Shown in pieces: positions 1-9,706 of a stretch of DNA of 64,000 nt (the first letter of the stretch is position 1; each line of letters begins with the position of its first letter). Below the pieces are notes generated by a model. That model made no database searches. It saw nothing but the letters and a program-made list of their open reading frames with translations, and was not told the origin of the DNA. Origin of the DNA: a candidate division CSSED10-310 bacterium (GTDB lineage: Bacteria > CSSED10-310); contig JAFGEQ010000006.1 of assembly GCA_016931515.1 (NCBI GenBank), positions 24,649-88,648 of the forward strand. Reading direction: 5' to 3'. The translations under genes and the position numbers were made by a program.

Positions 1-2
1 TC

Positions 3-461
3 AATCCAGAGAGCAGTCTGGATTCAACACCCTTCTGTTCATGCGGTTATTCCCTGGGATGCGGAGTTGATATCAAAGAGTCCCTGCCCTCGGGAGCAGT
101 TTATCTGGATCTTATCCAGTATTGTTTATCTATCCTTCAAAAGCTTATCAATGACTTTGACTGGAAAGCCCATGACCTATCGAACGAACTCCGGAGGAAA
201 CTAATATTTTTGAGAGATATGGAGCCAGGGGATCCATCACTAGTTTGCACATTCAGCACTGTTCTGGACGATGATGTCGTCATATTTTTCAATCAGATCG
301 ATTCAACCATTCGACATCCTATCAGATTATCCTGTAACGAATTGTTCTCGAATTTCAAGGATCGGACACTGACAGCGGGCGATGCGCGATGTCATATCCT
401 TAAATGGCTGAAAAATATTGAGAAATTAGCTGATGGTGATTGGGTCCACTTCATCGACTGA
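3..461 (+). CDS. hypothetical protein, 5'-truncated by the window edge
   Basis: Frame 3 is open from the first base to the stop at 461 (tail is ORF-track entry 210..461); no motif recognised. Confidence 0.3.
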   Translation, partial: NPESSLDSTPFCSCGYSLGCGVDIKESLPSGAVYLDLIQYCLSILQKLINDFDWKAHDLSNELRRKLIFLRDMEPGDPSLVCTFSTVLDDDVVIFFNQIDSTIRHPIRLSCNELFSNFKDRTLTAGDARCHILKWLKNIEKLADGDWVHFID

Positions 462-1098
462 TAGTCTTCCTCTTGATTGTCTTTACAACGACTGTTTCCA
501 CCGGAACATCGACATATAGACCGCGCTTGTTTTCCGGATCCAGCAGTTTTTCACCGGTTGGAATAGCTGCGATCCTATCCACAATTTCCAAGCCTGCAAT
601 AACTTCCCCAAAAACGGCATATCCGTACCCTTCGACAGTATCATTGCGATGATCAAGTGAAGAGTTATCCTTCAAGTTAATGAAAAACTGAGTGGTAGCC
701 GAATCAATGACTCCGGTGCGAGCCATGGCGATGGTCCCACGCCGGTTCTTCAATCCGTTCCTGGCTTCGCTCTTTATTGCATCTTTTACCGGTTTAACCG
801 TGAATTCCGCTGTGAGTCCGCCGCCCTGGATAATAAAATCCCTTATGACTCTGTGAATGATCGTGTTGTCATAGAAACCTTCTTCGGCATAGCCAAGAAA
901 ATTTTGGACGGTCAATGGGGCTTTGTCGGCATACAATGCGAGTTCTATGGTTCCCTGGTTGGTATCGATGTCAACAACTTCGATCTTGCCCATTTCTTTC
1001 TCGAGCTGTACCAGCAGTGTCGAACTCGAATCCTGAGCCAAAGCGGTGTTCGGCACACAAAATATTATACAACTCAAAACCATCGCTGGAATTCGCAT
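451..1098 (-). CDS. peptidyl-prolyl cis-trans isomerase, cyclophilin type, secreted
   Basis: Cyclophilin signature FYDNTIIHRVIRDFIIQGGG; start moved to internal ATG (MRIPAMVLSCIIF...ALA signal peptide) preceded by GGGAGG RBS; track ORF extends to 1161. Confidence 0.8.
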   Translation of the reverse strand: MRIPAMVLSCIIFCVPNTALAQDSSSTLLVQLEKEMGKIEVVDIDTNQGTIELALYADKAPLTVQNFLGYAEEGFYDNTIIHRVIRDFIIQGGGLTAEFTVKPVKDAIKSEARNGLKNRRGTIAMARTGVIDSATTQFFINLKDNSSLDHRNDTVEGYGYAVFGEVIAGLEIVDRIAAIPTGEKLLDPENKRGLYVDVPVETVVVKTIKRKTISR

Positions 1099-1252
1099 GT
1101 TACCTCCCGATAAAAGACAGCCTGGTTCAAAGCAATTCAGCATTATTATATGCCACTCCATGACTGTTTTCCAGAAAATGCTGTACCATTATTCTGCCAT
1201 ATGTCTATCCTGTTAAAATCACTGTTATGTCGGCACTCTGGAAAATTCCAGG

Positions 1253-1283
1253 TTGACAGTAACTGAGGAAAGCATGATATAGA
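1253..1283 (+). promoter_or_regulatory. candidate sigma70-type promoter for infA (TTGACA, 19-nt spacer, TG-extended TATAGA)
   Basis: TTGACA at 1253-1258 and TGaTATAGA at 1275-1283 in the divergent ppi/infA intergenic region; spacer long, by-eye call. Confidence 0.25.
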
Positions 1284-1412
1284 GTGTTGATTCCGGGCAA
1301 GAAACCGGGGTAGTATGAAAATATTCGGAGTATTTGCTCCGTCGGCGAGTCAATAAAGGAGGTTTAATGAAACGAATCGAAAAGACCGGATCATGCGATA
1401 CTGAGGTATCCA

Positions 1413-1631
1413 ATGGCTAAAGAAGACCTGATTCTTGGACAGGGTCGCGTCACAAAAGTTCTTGCGGGAGGTTTTTACGAAGTGGAGACTGAATCAGGGC
1501 ACATAATAATGGCGCGAATCTCAGGTCGCATGCGATCGAATAATATCCGGATTGTGCTGGGCGATTATGTCACTGTTGGAGTCTCGATGCATGATCCCAC
1601 AAAAGGCCTGATAACATATCGGGCAAAGTGA
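1413..1631 (+). CDS. infA: translation initiation factor IF-1
   Basis: 72 aa, S1-like fold sequence MAKEDLI..GRV..L..G.F.VE.E.GH...A.ISG.MR.N.IRI..GD.V closely matches IF-1. Confidence 0.9.
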   Translation: MAKEDLILGQGRVTKVLAGGFYEVETESGHIIMARISGRMRSNNIRIVLGDYVTVGVSMHDPTKGLITYRAK

Positions 1632-1644
1632 AACAGCACTCGAA

Positions 1645-1959
1645 ATGAGAGATCCCTCCGACAAGCTGAAATCTGTTGTCGTCTACCTTGAGTTTGATCA
1701 ACGGTTGCAATCTCTGACCGGAGTGAGTCGGACATCCATAGAGGTCACCGAAGGCACTCCCTTTATAATGCTGCTGCAGGCAGTATTGGAAAGTTATCCC
1801 GATATCATTCATCAGTACGCGTTCTCTTCTATTGGATTTGAGGTCAATGGGAAAACACCAAATCCATATTTTCTTCTAAGTGCTCACGATGTTGTTACGC
1901 TGGGTATCCAAAGCGAAGACGAGAGGATGGAAGGAATGAATGGGATATATTATCAATAG
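1645..1959 (+). CDS. hypothetical protein (104 aa)
   Basis: ORF immediately downstream of infA in the same orientation; no motif recognised. Confidence 0.35.
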   Translation: MRDPSDKLKSVVVYLEFDQRLQSLTGVSRTSIEVTEGTPFIMLLQAVLESYPDIIHQYAFSSIGFEVNGKTPNPYFLLSAHDVVTLGIQSEDERMEGMNGIYYQ

Positions 1960-1967
1960 GACTGAAT

Positions 1968-2399
1968 ATGAAGCGAATGATTGAAAACACGTTTTCCCGT
2001 CTGGAAAACTATAATTGTTTTGCTTGCGGTCCTGATCATCCTTTCGGGCTTCATATGGAATTTTACTTCGATGACGATGCTCGGACAATCACATCGACGA
2101 TTCGTCCCGGTGAGTTATTTGATGGTTTCCCCGGAATACTTCACGGTGGAATCCAGGCAACAATTCTTGATGAAGTTGCTTTTTGGGGAGTATGGGCACA
2201 GCATGGTAAGTGTGGCCTTACGTCGGGCCTTGAAATAGTATACCGCAAAAAATGTCCTTCCGACCAAATGCTGGAAGTCGCGGGTATTGTTGGCGAGATT
2301 GAACGCCGGCTTGTAACTGTTGATGCTGTTCTAAGGCATCACGAATCACATACTGTCTATACAACCGCCACGGTGCGTTATTTCATTACCAAAAGCTGA
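1968..2399 (+). CDS. PaaI-family hotdog-fold thioesterase
   Basis: CFACGPDHPFGL ... GILHGG ... motif pattern typical of PaaI/4HBT-type thioesterases; 143 aa. Confidence 0.7.
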   Translation: MKRMIENTFSRLENYNCFACGPDHPFGLHMEFYFDDDARTITSTIRPGELFDGFPGILHGGIQATILDEVAFWGVWAQHGKCGLTSGLEIVYRKKCPSDQMLEVAGIVGEIERRLVTVDAVLRHHESHTVYTTATVRYFITKS

Positions 2400-2455
2400 T
2401 ACCGAAAAACAACTCTCTAGCATTCTGATATCAAGAACGCTATGATGACTACCCG

Positions 2456-3040
2456 ATGAACAAGTCGGTTCCAAATCATCATCTACGAAAACTTATTGGG
2501 TTCTGGGTGTTGATTTTCCTGTTATCGATCCCTTGTCTCGCAAGTCAGGATGCAGATCCCCGGATAAAACAATTTCGGGTTCTTCGGCAAGGTGACGAAT
2601 TCCTGGTATCGGCGATGCTGACAGATGCTTTTCCACCGGAGATCGAGGATCGTATCCAATCAGGGGTCCCTACTACCTATGAATTTTACATTTTCCTAAA
2701 AAAAGTCCGCTGGTTTTGGGATAATAAAATTCTTGCTCATGCGCTTTATCACCATACCGTCACATATGACACGATCCTGGAAACTTATCATATCATCATC
2801 AAGCGAGAAGGTGTTGATGAACAGATACTGGATTATAAAACCAGAGATATCGAGGATATGCATAAGATGATGTCGATGTTCAATGGTGTTCTGGACTATC
2901 CCTATTCTGATATATCCTATGATTCTCTTTACTATGTATCCATAATGGCGAGTTTGAAAACACGACAGGTACCTGCTCCATGGAACCTGTTTTTATCCGA
3001 TGGCTTTAAAACGCGGACAAATCGTAAGTATTTCCCTTAG
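2456..3040 (+). CDS. DUF4390-like periplasmic protein preceding the histidine kinase
   Basis: 194 aa, N-terminal signal/TM (LIGFWVLIFLLSIPCLA), positioned directly upstream of an NtrY-like kinase as DUF4390 proteins typically are; family assignment from memory. Confidence 0.4.
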   Translation: MNKSVPNHHLRKLIGFWVLIFLLSIPCLASQDADPRIKQFRVLRQGDEFLVSAMLTDAFPPEIEDRIQSGVPTTYEFYIFLKKVRWFWDNKILAHALYHHTVTYDTILETYHIIIKREGVDEQILDYKTRDIEDMHKMMSMFNGVLDYPYSDISYDSLYYVSIMASLKTRQVPAPWNLFLSDGFKTRTNRKYFP

Positions 3041-3064
3041 ATCTATCCGCGATCAGGGGAATTG

Positions 3065-5344
3065 ATGAACCCGACGCATCGTTCCAGCACAGTCGATCAG
3101 CCAGCGGGAACACCTGTATCCAAACACAAATCCATCAGCCGGAGACGACGTAGAAATCTGATCCTGGGTGCTTGTGCACTGGTTATCATGCTCCCCCTCA
3201 TTTTTGCTCAATATTCGCTGGTGGAGGAAACAGCTCCAATAGTACTCGCAATTCTGAACGTCAATATCATCATCTTATTGTTTTTGATCTTCATGATTCT
3301 GCGAAATCTTATCAAGCTTTATGTCGAGCATAGTCAAAAACAAGCAGGATCCCGATTTAGAAACAAACTTGTTCTGGCATTTACAACGCTTACTTTTGTT
3401 CCTTCGCTTCTTCTGGTTTTTGCGGGATCCAATCTGATCACGTCCTCGATTAAGAGTTGGTTCGACCCCCAGGTTCAGCATTTTCTGGATGACGTGATTG
3501 ACGTCGCACGTGTCTCTCTGGATATGTACAAATCGATTTGTATCGAAACCAGTCACGATATCATTTCATCACTTCGGGTTGATTCATCCGGTGTTTATCT
3601 TAAAGAAAGTAAACTCGAAAGCTCTTCCATCGCCGAGACGATACTGGAACGATTCCCGGTCGATATAGCGCTAATTGTTGATCGAGACGCTCAAGAAATA
3701 AGTCGAGCCTCTTCTCCTGATATTCCTTCAGAGGCTCATTTAAATGTCTCCGGGCAGTTTATCAATAGAGTGTTAAATGGTGAGTCATCGAGCATGGTGT
3801 CATCGTTGGGATCAGGAGATATCATGTATTATGGCTTTGCACTTTATGAGGAAAAATCGATCACTGTGGAAGCAGCGGTCATCATCGGCATGCGAATCAG
3901 AGGTGACCTCTCCGAAAGAATTTCCAATATCAGGAGTAACTACGAGAAGTATCTTCAGCAAAAACAATCCATAAGACCTTCCCAGGGGTTGTATTTATCT
4001 ATTTTCATTATGATATCTTTGACTGTGCTTTTCGCCGCATTATGGATTTCTTTTTATTTTGCCCGTCAGATTTCATTCCCGATATCCCATCTATCACATG
4101 CTACATTGGAAGTAGCAAAAGGTAATTATGATTACCATCTTGATATACCGGCCCTTGATGAACTTGGAGATCTTGTTCGGTCCTTTAACTCAATGACCGA
4201 TGAACTCCGAAACAACCGGAATGTGATCGAGAAAACAACGTTCGCCCTCCACCAGAGAAACCGGGAAATCGAAACCCGGCGAAACGAACTTGAAGTGATT
4301 CTCAGCACTATAAAATCCGGCGTTATCGCTCTGGACGTCGACGGGTATATCCGCGTAATCAACTCAGCAGCCTGTGGATTTCTTAATTTGTCATCAAGAG
4401 AGATTATTCACAAGACATATTCAGCCGCGCTCCATCAGAGTTATCTGAAACCTTTCGTAGATATTCTGGAACGAATGTATGTCGATCGATATAAGGTTTT
4501 TCAAAACGAGATCCAGCTTGAAACGGGATCCAGGCTGTCGACTTTCTCGATCAATGTTACACCATTGTACGGTGGCAAAGAGGATTTCAATGGGGTTGTC
4601 GTCGTGATGAACGACCTGACTCAGCTTCTGAGAATTCAGCGAATTGTAGCGTGGCGGGAGGTAGCGAAACGTCTGGCGCATGAAATCAAGAATCCGTTGA
4701 CACCCATTCAATTGAACACACAGAGAATGCAAAAAAAGTTTCGAGAACAAGCCGCGGATTTCCCAACGGTTTTCGAAACATCTACTGAGAGTATAATTGA
4801 GGAGGTCTCCGGATTGCGCAGTATGTTGAACGAATTTTCACAGTTGGCCCAGATGCCGGAGGCAATTTTAACACCGGGTGATATCCATGAAACAATCTCC
4901 CAAGTAGTCGCTTTATATGCAGGCAGACAGGAAATCGAAATGGAGATGGTTTTTGCTGACGATGTGCCCCAGATTATGTTTGACAAAGCTCAAATCAAGC
5001 GAGTTTTCATAAACCTGATTGACAATGCGATCCATGCCATGAACGGTTTGGGAAAGGTCGTAATTAAAACTTCATACGACAGAATCATCGAGAAGGTCAG
5101 GATTGAAGTTATAGATACGGGCGCCGGGGTTCCCAGCCAGGAAAAAAACAAATTGTTCATGCCATATTTCTCAACTAAGCGGGACGGTTCCGGACTGGGG
5201 TTAACAATATGCAGTCGAATTATCACAGATCATGACGGCAGTATTCGCGTAACGGACAACGAACCGAAAGGAGCCCGTTTTATTATTGAGCTGCCTGTGT
5301 TATCGTCTTGTGGATCACTGTCACCTGGATCGGGAGTTGCCTGA
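3065..5344 (+). CDS. ntrY: sensor histidine kinase, NtrY-like (TM-HAMP-PAS-HisKA-HATPase)
   Basis: N-terminal TM helices, HAMP-like segment, PAS-like segment, H-box HEIKNPLTPIQL, HATPase motifs (DNAIHAM, DTGAGV, GSGLGL); ATG at 3065 preferred over TTG at 3062. Confidence 0.8.
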   Translation: MNPTHRSSTVDQPAGTPVSKHKSISRRRRRNLILGACALVIMLPLIFAQYSLVEETAPIVLAILNVNIIILLFLIFMILRNLIKLYVEHSQKQAGSRFRNKLVLAFTTLTFVPSLLLVFAGSNLITSSIKSWFDPQVQHFLDDVIDVARVSLDMYKSICIETSHDIISSLRVDSSGVYLKESKLESSSIAETILERFPVDIALIVDRDAQEISRASSPDIPSEAHLNVSGQFINRVLNGESSSMVSSLGSGDIMYYGFALYEEKSITVEAAVIIGMRIRGDLSERISNIRSNYEKYLQQKQSIRPSQGLYLSIFIMISLTVLFAALWISFYFARQISFPISHLSHATLEVAKGNYDYHLDIPALDELGDLVRSFNSMTDELRNNRNVIEKTTFALHQRNREIETRRNELEVILSTIKSGVIALDVDGYIRVINSAACGFLNLSSREIIHKTYSAALHQSYLKPFVDILERMYVDRYKVFQNEIQLETGSRLSTFSINVTPLYGGKEDFNGVVVVMNDLTQLLRIQRIVAWREVAKRLAHEIKNPLTPIQLNTQRMQKKFREQAADFPTVFETSTESIIEEVSGLRSMLNEFSQLAQMPEAILTPGDIHETISQVVALYAGRQEIEMEMVFADDVPQIMFDKAQIKRVFINLIDNAIHAMNGLGKVVIKTSYDRIIEKVRIEVIDTGAGVPSQEKNKLFMPYFSTKRDGSGLGLTICSRIITDHDGSIRVTDNEPKGARFIIELPVLSSCGSLSPGSGVA

Positions 5345-5346
5345 TT

Positions 5347-6768
5347 ATGCCCGGGGAAAAAATTCTAATAATCGATGATGAAGCTCGAGTTGTAGAAGCG
5401 ATCCGTGCTGTTCTGGAAGATGATGGATATGTTGTAATGTCTGCATCTTCCGGAGAATCAGCATTGGAAAACTTGGATCGGGATTTGCCGGACCTTGTAT
5501 TGCTTGATATCTGGCTGAAGGGAATCGATGGATTGGAGACCTTGGCGAGGATCCGCGAAACAGCTCCGGATCTGGGTGTAATTATGATTTCAGGGCACGG
5601 AACGATCGAGAGTGCCATCAAGGCGACTCGTCTGGGAGCTCTTAATTTTATAGAAAAGCCTTTATCTCTAGATAAATTGCTACTGGAAGTCCGACAAGCA
5701 ATCAAGCAGACAGCACTTGAACGGGAAAACCGGGATCTCAGAAAGCAGGTTAGCCAGCGTCACCGGATCATCGGACAGGGACGCAGCATGCAATCGATCT
5801 TAAAAAGGATTGAGGTTGCGGCGCCCAGCAATGCCCGGGTACTCATTTCCGGGGAGAGTGGTACCGGCAAAGAACTGGTAGCCCGTGAGATACACAGATC
5901 ATCAAACCGATCCACAAGAAGCTTTATTGAAGTGAATTGTGCTGCCATTCCTGAAGACCTGATAGAATCCGAGTTGTTCGGGCATGAAAAAGGCGCTTTT
6001 ACACATGCCATCAACAGAAAACGAGGAAAATTTGAACTGGCGCATGGGGGGACTCTATTTCTTGATGAAGTGGGTGACATGAGCTTAAAAACACAGGCGA
6101 AAGTACTTAGAGTTCTGGAAGAAGGGCGTATCGAGCGAGTTGGGGGCCACCAGTGTATTCCGGTGGATGTAAGGGTGATAGCTGCCAGTAACAAAAATCT
6201 ACAGCATGAAATCAGGGAGAACAGGTTTCGGGAGGACTTGTTTTACCGGTTGAATGTCATTCCTATCGATCTTCCGCCTTTAAGGGAAAGATCGGATGAT
6301 ATCCCCGATTTGATCCGGTATTTTCTAGATTTTTTCTGTTCAGAGTATGGAAAACCTTTGAAAACAATCAGTACGGATGCGATGAAAAACCTGGAATCCT
6401 ATTCCTGGCCGGGTAACATCCGGGAATTAAGAAATGAAGTTGAGAGACTGGTGATAATGACTGGATCAGTAGAAATCGGCACGGATGATCTTCGGCCTGA
6501 GCTCAGCGGGATGTCCGGCCACTCATTATCAGGACTACCCTCGTCCGGTTTGAATTTGAGGGATGCAAGAGACCAATTTGAGAGACAATACATCCTCCAA
6601 AATCTTGTGAAAACCGGTTGGAATGTGACTCAATGCGCTGATATTCTGGGAATAGAACGATCGAATCTGCACCGGAAAATGAAGCAATTGGGAATCCCGA
6701 GTTCCGGCGATTCCAGAACAAACCAGATTGGTGGGAGAGCGAGACATGTCAAACGTGGCAGCGAATAG
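5347..6768 (+). CDS. ntrX: sigma54-dependent response regulator, NtrX/NtrC family
   Basis: Receiver domain (ILIIDDE, D in LLDIWL), AAA+ sigma54-interaction domain (GESGTGKE, GAFTHA-like, ESELFGHEKGAF), C-terminal Fis-type HTH; ATG 5347 overlaps the kinase stop (ATGA... arrangement). Confidence 0.85.
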   Translation: MPGEKILIIDDEARVVEAIRAVLEDDGYVVMSASSGESALENLDRDLPDLVLLDIWLKGIDGLETLARIRETAPDLGVIMISGHGTIESAIKATRLGALNFIEKPLSLDKLLLEVRQAIKQTALERENRDLRKQVSQRHRIIGQGRSMQSILKRIEVAAPSNARVLISGESGTGKELVAREIHRSSNRSTRSFIEVNCAAIPEDLIESELFGHEKGAFTHAINRKRGKFELAHGGTLFLDEVGDMSLKTQAKVLRVLEEGRIERVGGHQCIPVDVRVIAASNKNLQHEIRENRFREDLFYRLNVIPIDLPPLRERSDDIPDLIRYFLDFFCSEYGKPLKTISTDAMKNLESYSWPGNIRELRNEVERLVIMTGSVEIGTDDLRPELSGMSGHSLSGLPSSGLNLRDARDQFERQYILQNLVKTGWNVTQCADILGIERSNLHRKMKQLGIPSSGDSRTNQIGGRARHVKRGSE

Positions 6769-7297
6769 AATCATCATGACAGCCAGGGATATTGACCGGA
6801 TACTATCCCGCTTCGCTTACGAGATTCTTGAGCGTTTTCCGGATCGGGATAACCTGGCAGTCGTAGGTATTCAGACAGGAGGAGCGCATCTTGGTCGTCG
6901 TCTGGTTCAGAAACTCGAAAAACTCGAGAAGCGCTCATTTTCATTTGGCATCCTGGACATCACTCTATACCGAGATGATCTGGCTCTAGAGAAAGACCAA
7001 CCGATCGTCAGGAAAACGGATATCTCTTTTGAATTGAATCAACGGGATATCGTTCTCATTGATGATGTTTTATATACCGGCCGAACAGTACGAGCGGCAT
7101 TGGATGCACTTATTGATTTTGGGCGACCCAGACGAATTGCACTTGCTGTGATAGTTGACCGGGGATTGCGGGAATTTCCGATCAGACCGGATTTTATCGG
7201 GAAAGAGATCCAAACAATACCTGAGGAAACCGTTCGTGTCAGGCTGACAGAAGAAGGTGAACCGGTGGACCAGGTTGTACTTTTAAAGGAGGATTAA
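6746..7297 (+). CDS. pyrR: bifunctional pyrimidine operon regulator / uracil phosphoribosyltransferase PyrR
   Basis: PRTase motif VLIDDVLYTGRT and overall PyrR-like sequence; start ATG 6746 lies inside the 3' end of ntrX. Confidence 0.85.
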   Translation: MSNVAANRIIMTARDIDRILSRFAYEILERFPDRDNLAVVGIQTGGAHLGRRLVQKLEKLEKRSFSFGILDITLYRDDLALEKDQPIVRKTDISFELNQRDIVLIDDVLYTGRTVRAALDALIDFGRPRRIALAVIVDRGLREFPIRPDFIGKEIQTIPEETVRVRLTEEGEPVDQVVLLKED

Positions 7298-7300
7298 GCA

Positions 7301-8239
7301 TTGCAGCTTCAAAGTAAGGATCTATTGGGTCTTGAAGGAGTAACGAAGAAGGAGATATCTCTTATTCTGGATACGGCTGAATCGTTCCGCGAAGTATCGG
7401 AAAGATCCATCAAAAAAGTACCCACTCTGCGCGGCCGTACGATTATCAATTTTTTTCACGAACCCAGTACGCGAACACGCATATCTTTCGAAATTGCGGC
7501 CAAGCGCCTGTCAGCGGATGGAATAAATTTTTCGACATCCGGCTCAAGTTTTTCAAAAGGTGAAACCCTGGTGGACACAGTAAAAAATCTCGAAGCGATG
7601 CAAGCGGATGTGATCGTTATGCGACATGGTATTCCGGGAGCACCGCATCTGATTGCCCGAAATCTTGATGCCGCTGTTATCAATGCGGGGGATGGCGCTC
7701 ATGAGCACCCGACCCAGGCATTATTGGACATGTTCACTATCCGACGACATTTGGGCAAATTGGATGGTCTGACGGTCGTTATAGTTGGTGATATAGCCTT
7801 CAGTCGTGTGGTCCGATCAAACATCTATGGTCTGACAACGATGGGAGCACGGGTTATCGTTGTTGGACCCCCAACGTTGATTCCCGTCGAGATCAGCCGA
7901 ATGGGGATTGAAGTATTGTATAATATCGATGAAGCAATCCCTCAAGCCGACATCATAATGATTCTCCGGATTCAGCTTGAACGCCAGGGAAAAGTGTTTT
8001 TACCATCACTCAGGGAGTATGCGAGATTGTATTCGCTGACGCCGGAACGAATGAAGATAGCCAAAAAAGATGTGCTGGTCATGCATCCCGGTCCGATAAA
8101 TAGAGGTGTTGAGATTGACCCGAGAATTGCCGATGGGGATCACTCCGTGATTTTGGAACAGGTATCCAACGGAGTAGCCGTACGGATGGCGTTGCTGTTT
8201 CTGCTTGCAGGACGAAAAGAATTCAATAAAAGTGAATAA
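7301..8239 (+). CDS. pyrB: aspartate carbamoyltransferase catalytic subunit
   Basis: STRTR carbamoyl-phosphate binding motif ([14 protein letters not shown]), HPxQ; TTG start 7301 with AAAGGAGG RBS 7 nt upstream. Confidence 0.9.
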   Translation: MQLQSKDLLGLEGVTKKEISLILDTAESFREVSERSIKKVPTLRGRTIINFFHEPSTRTRISFEIAAKRLSADGINFSTSGSSFSKGETLVDTVKNLEAMQADVIVMRHGIPGAPHLIARNLDAAVINAGDGAHEHPTQALLDMFTIRRHLGKLDGLTVVIVGDIAFSRVVRSNIYGLTTMGARVIVVGPPTLIPVEISRMGIEVLYNIDEAIPQADIIMILRIQLERQGKVFLPSLREYARLYSLTPERMKIAKKDVLVMHPGPINRGVEIDPRIADGDHSVILEQVSNGVAVRMALLFLLAGRKEFNKSE

Positions 8240-8258
8240 TGTGTGAAAGGTGGTGGTC

Positions 8259-9545
8259 ATGCAGGATATTATTTTAAAGAATGGCAGAATTATCGATCCG
8301 ACACAGGATCTGGATGATCAAACCGATCTTCTGATTCGAGATGGGCGGATTGAGCATATCGGAATATTGAATGATGGGATTCCTGAGGGTGCGACTGTTA
8401 TTGATATTGATGGAAAGTGGTGCGTACCCGGATTGGTGGACATGCATGTCCACCTAAGGGAGCCCGGCAGGGAAGATAAGGAAACTATCCAGACAGGCAC
8501 GATGGCGGCTGTTGCCGGAGGATTTACTGCGGTTGCCTGCATGCCCAATACAAACCCTGTTAACGATTCCGCGGCTGTAACACGTTTTATCATGGAGAAA
8601 GCCCGGAGTGCACCGGCTGTGGTTTATCCGATTGCAGCAGTAACACGGGGGCTTGAAGGAATTCAATTGACAGAGATGGTTGAACTGCACGAAGCCGGGG
8701 CAGTAGCTTTTTCCGATGACGGTCATTGTATCATGAATGCCGACAATCTCAGGCGTGCCCTGGACTACGTTAAAATTTTCGGCGGTCTGATCATCGATCA
8801 CTGTGAAGACCCGGTGATATCAAAAGGAGGCGTCATGAGGGAAGGATTCATCTGTACGACCCTCGGATTCCCGCCGATTCCATCGCTTGCGGAAGAACTG
8901 ATGGTAGCCAGAGATATCCGGATTGCAGAATACACTGGCAGTGCGATTCACATCGCCCACGTTTCAAGCCGCGAGAGTGTACGACTGATCCGTGACGCAA
9001 AAAACCGGGGAATAAGAGTATCGGCCGAAGTGACTCCTCATCATTTATTTCTGACTGATGAAGCGGTCAAGACGTTTGATACGAACACCAAGATGAATCC
9101 ACCGCTTGGAACTGAAGAGGATCGAGAAATTCTAGAGGAGGCAGTAATTTCTGGCGTTATCGACTGTATCGCGACCGATCATGCACCACATACAGACACA
9201 GAAAAACAAGTAGAATACAGCTTGGCTCCAAACGGCATTATCGGATTGGAAACAGCCTTGCCGCTGGTTATGACGCGTCTAGTTCACACTCGAAAAATGA
9301 ACCCGTCGCAGATGATTCGTTCGATGAGCACCAACCCGTCGAGATTACTGGGAATCGAAGGTGGGAGTTTACTGAAGGGTGCGCCCGCCCACATCACGGT
9401 AATTGATCCGGATCGATTGTGGATGGTCGATCCGATGCGGTTCTATTCAAAATCCCAGAATACACCATTCGGCGGACTGAGTCTCAGGGGTTCATGTAAT
9501 CTGACGCTGGTTCACGGAAAAATCGCATTTCAATCCTCGAATTAG
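8259..9545 (+). CDS. pyrC: dihydroorotase
   Basis: Amidohydrolase metal-binding DMHVHLREPG and downstream HxH/D motifs; ATG 8259 chosen (track ORF begins at GTG 8250). Confidence 0.85.
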   Translation: MQDIILKNGRIIDPTQDLDDQTDLLIRDGRIEHIGILNDGIPEGATVIDIDGKWCVPGLVDMHVHLREPGREDKETIQTGTMAAVAGGFTAVACMPNTNPVNDSAAVTRFIMEKARSAPAVVYPIAAVTRGLEGIQLTEMVELHEAGAVAFSDDGHCIMNADNLRRALDYVKIFGGLIIDHCEDPVISKGGVMREGFICTTLGFPPIPSLAEELMVARDIRIAEYTGSAIHIAHVSSRESVRLIRDAKNRGIRVSAEVTPHHLFLTDEAVKTFDTNTKMNPPLGTEEDREILEEAVISGVIDCIATDHAPHTDTEKQVEYSLAPNGIIGLETALPLVMTRLVHTRKMNPSQMIRSMSTNPSRLLGIEGGSLLKGAPAHITVIDPDRLWMVDPMRFYSKSQNTPFGGLSLRGSCNLTLVHGKIAFQSSN

Positions 9546-9706
9546 ACGAGAGGTTGGATATTGGTGGAGAAGGATCTCGGTAAGTAATCGAACCCTCAAA
9601 CTGTTACCAAATACCTCATATTGGCGCATCCCAGGATAATGATGCCACGCCGGATGGAGCTTTGCATCTGGTATATTTTTTGCTTTAAGATTGGAAGACA
9701 GTTTGA

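Noticed and set aside
4-23. Hairpin atccaga-gagcag-tctggat resembling the PyrR RNA binding loop (UCCAGAGAG)
   Set aside because: Lies inside the coding frame of the truncated first ORF, over 6 kb from and not upstream of the pyr genes; short motif likely chance.
9600-9700. Possible sigma54 promoter upstream of the pilin gene (TGGCGC..., GGAGCTTTGC)
   Set aside because: GG and GC elements are not at the required 10-nt spacing.
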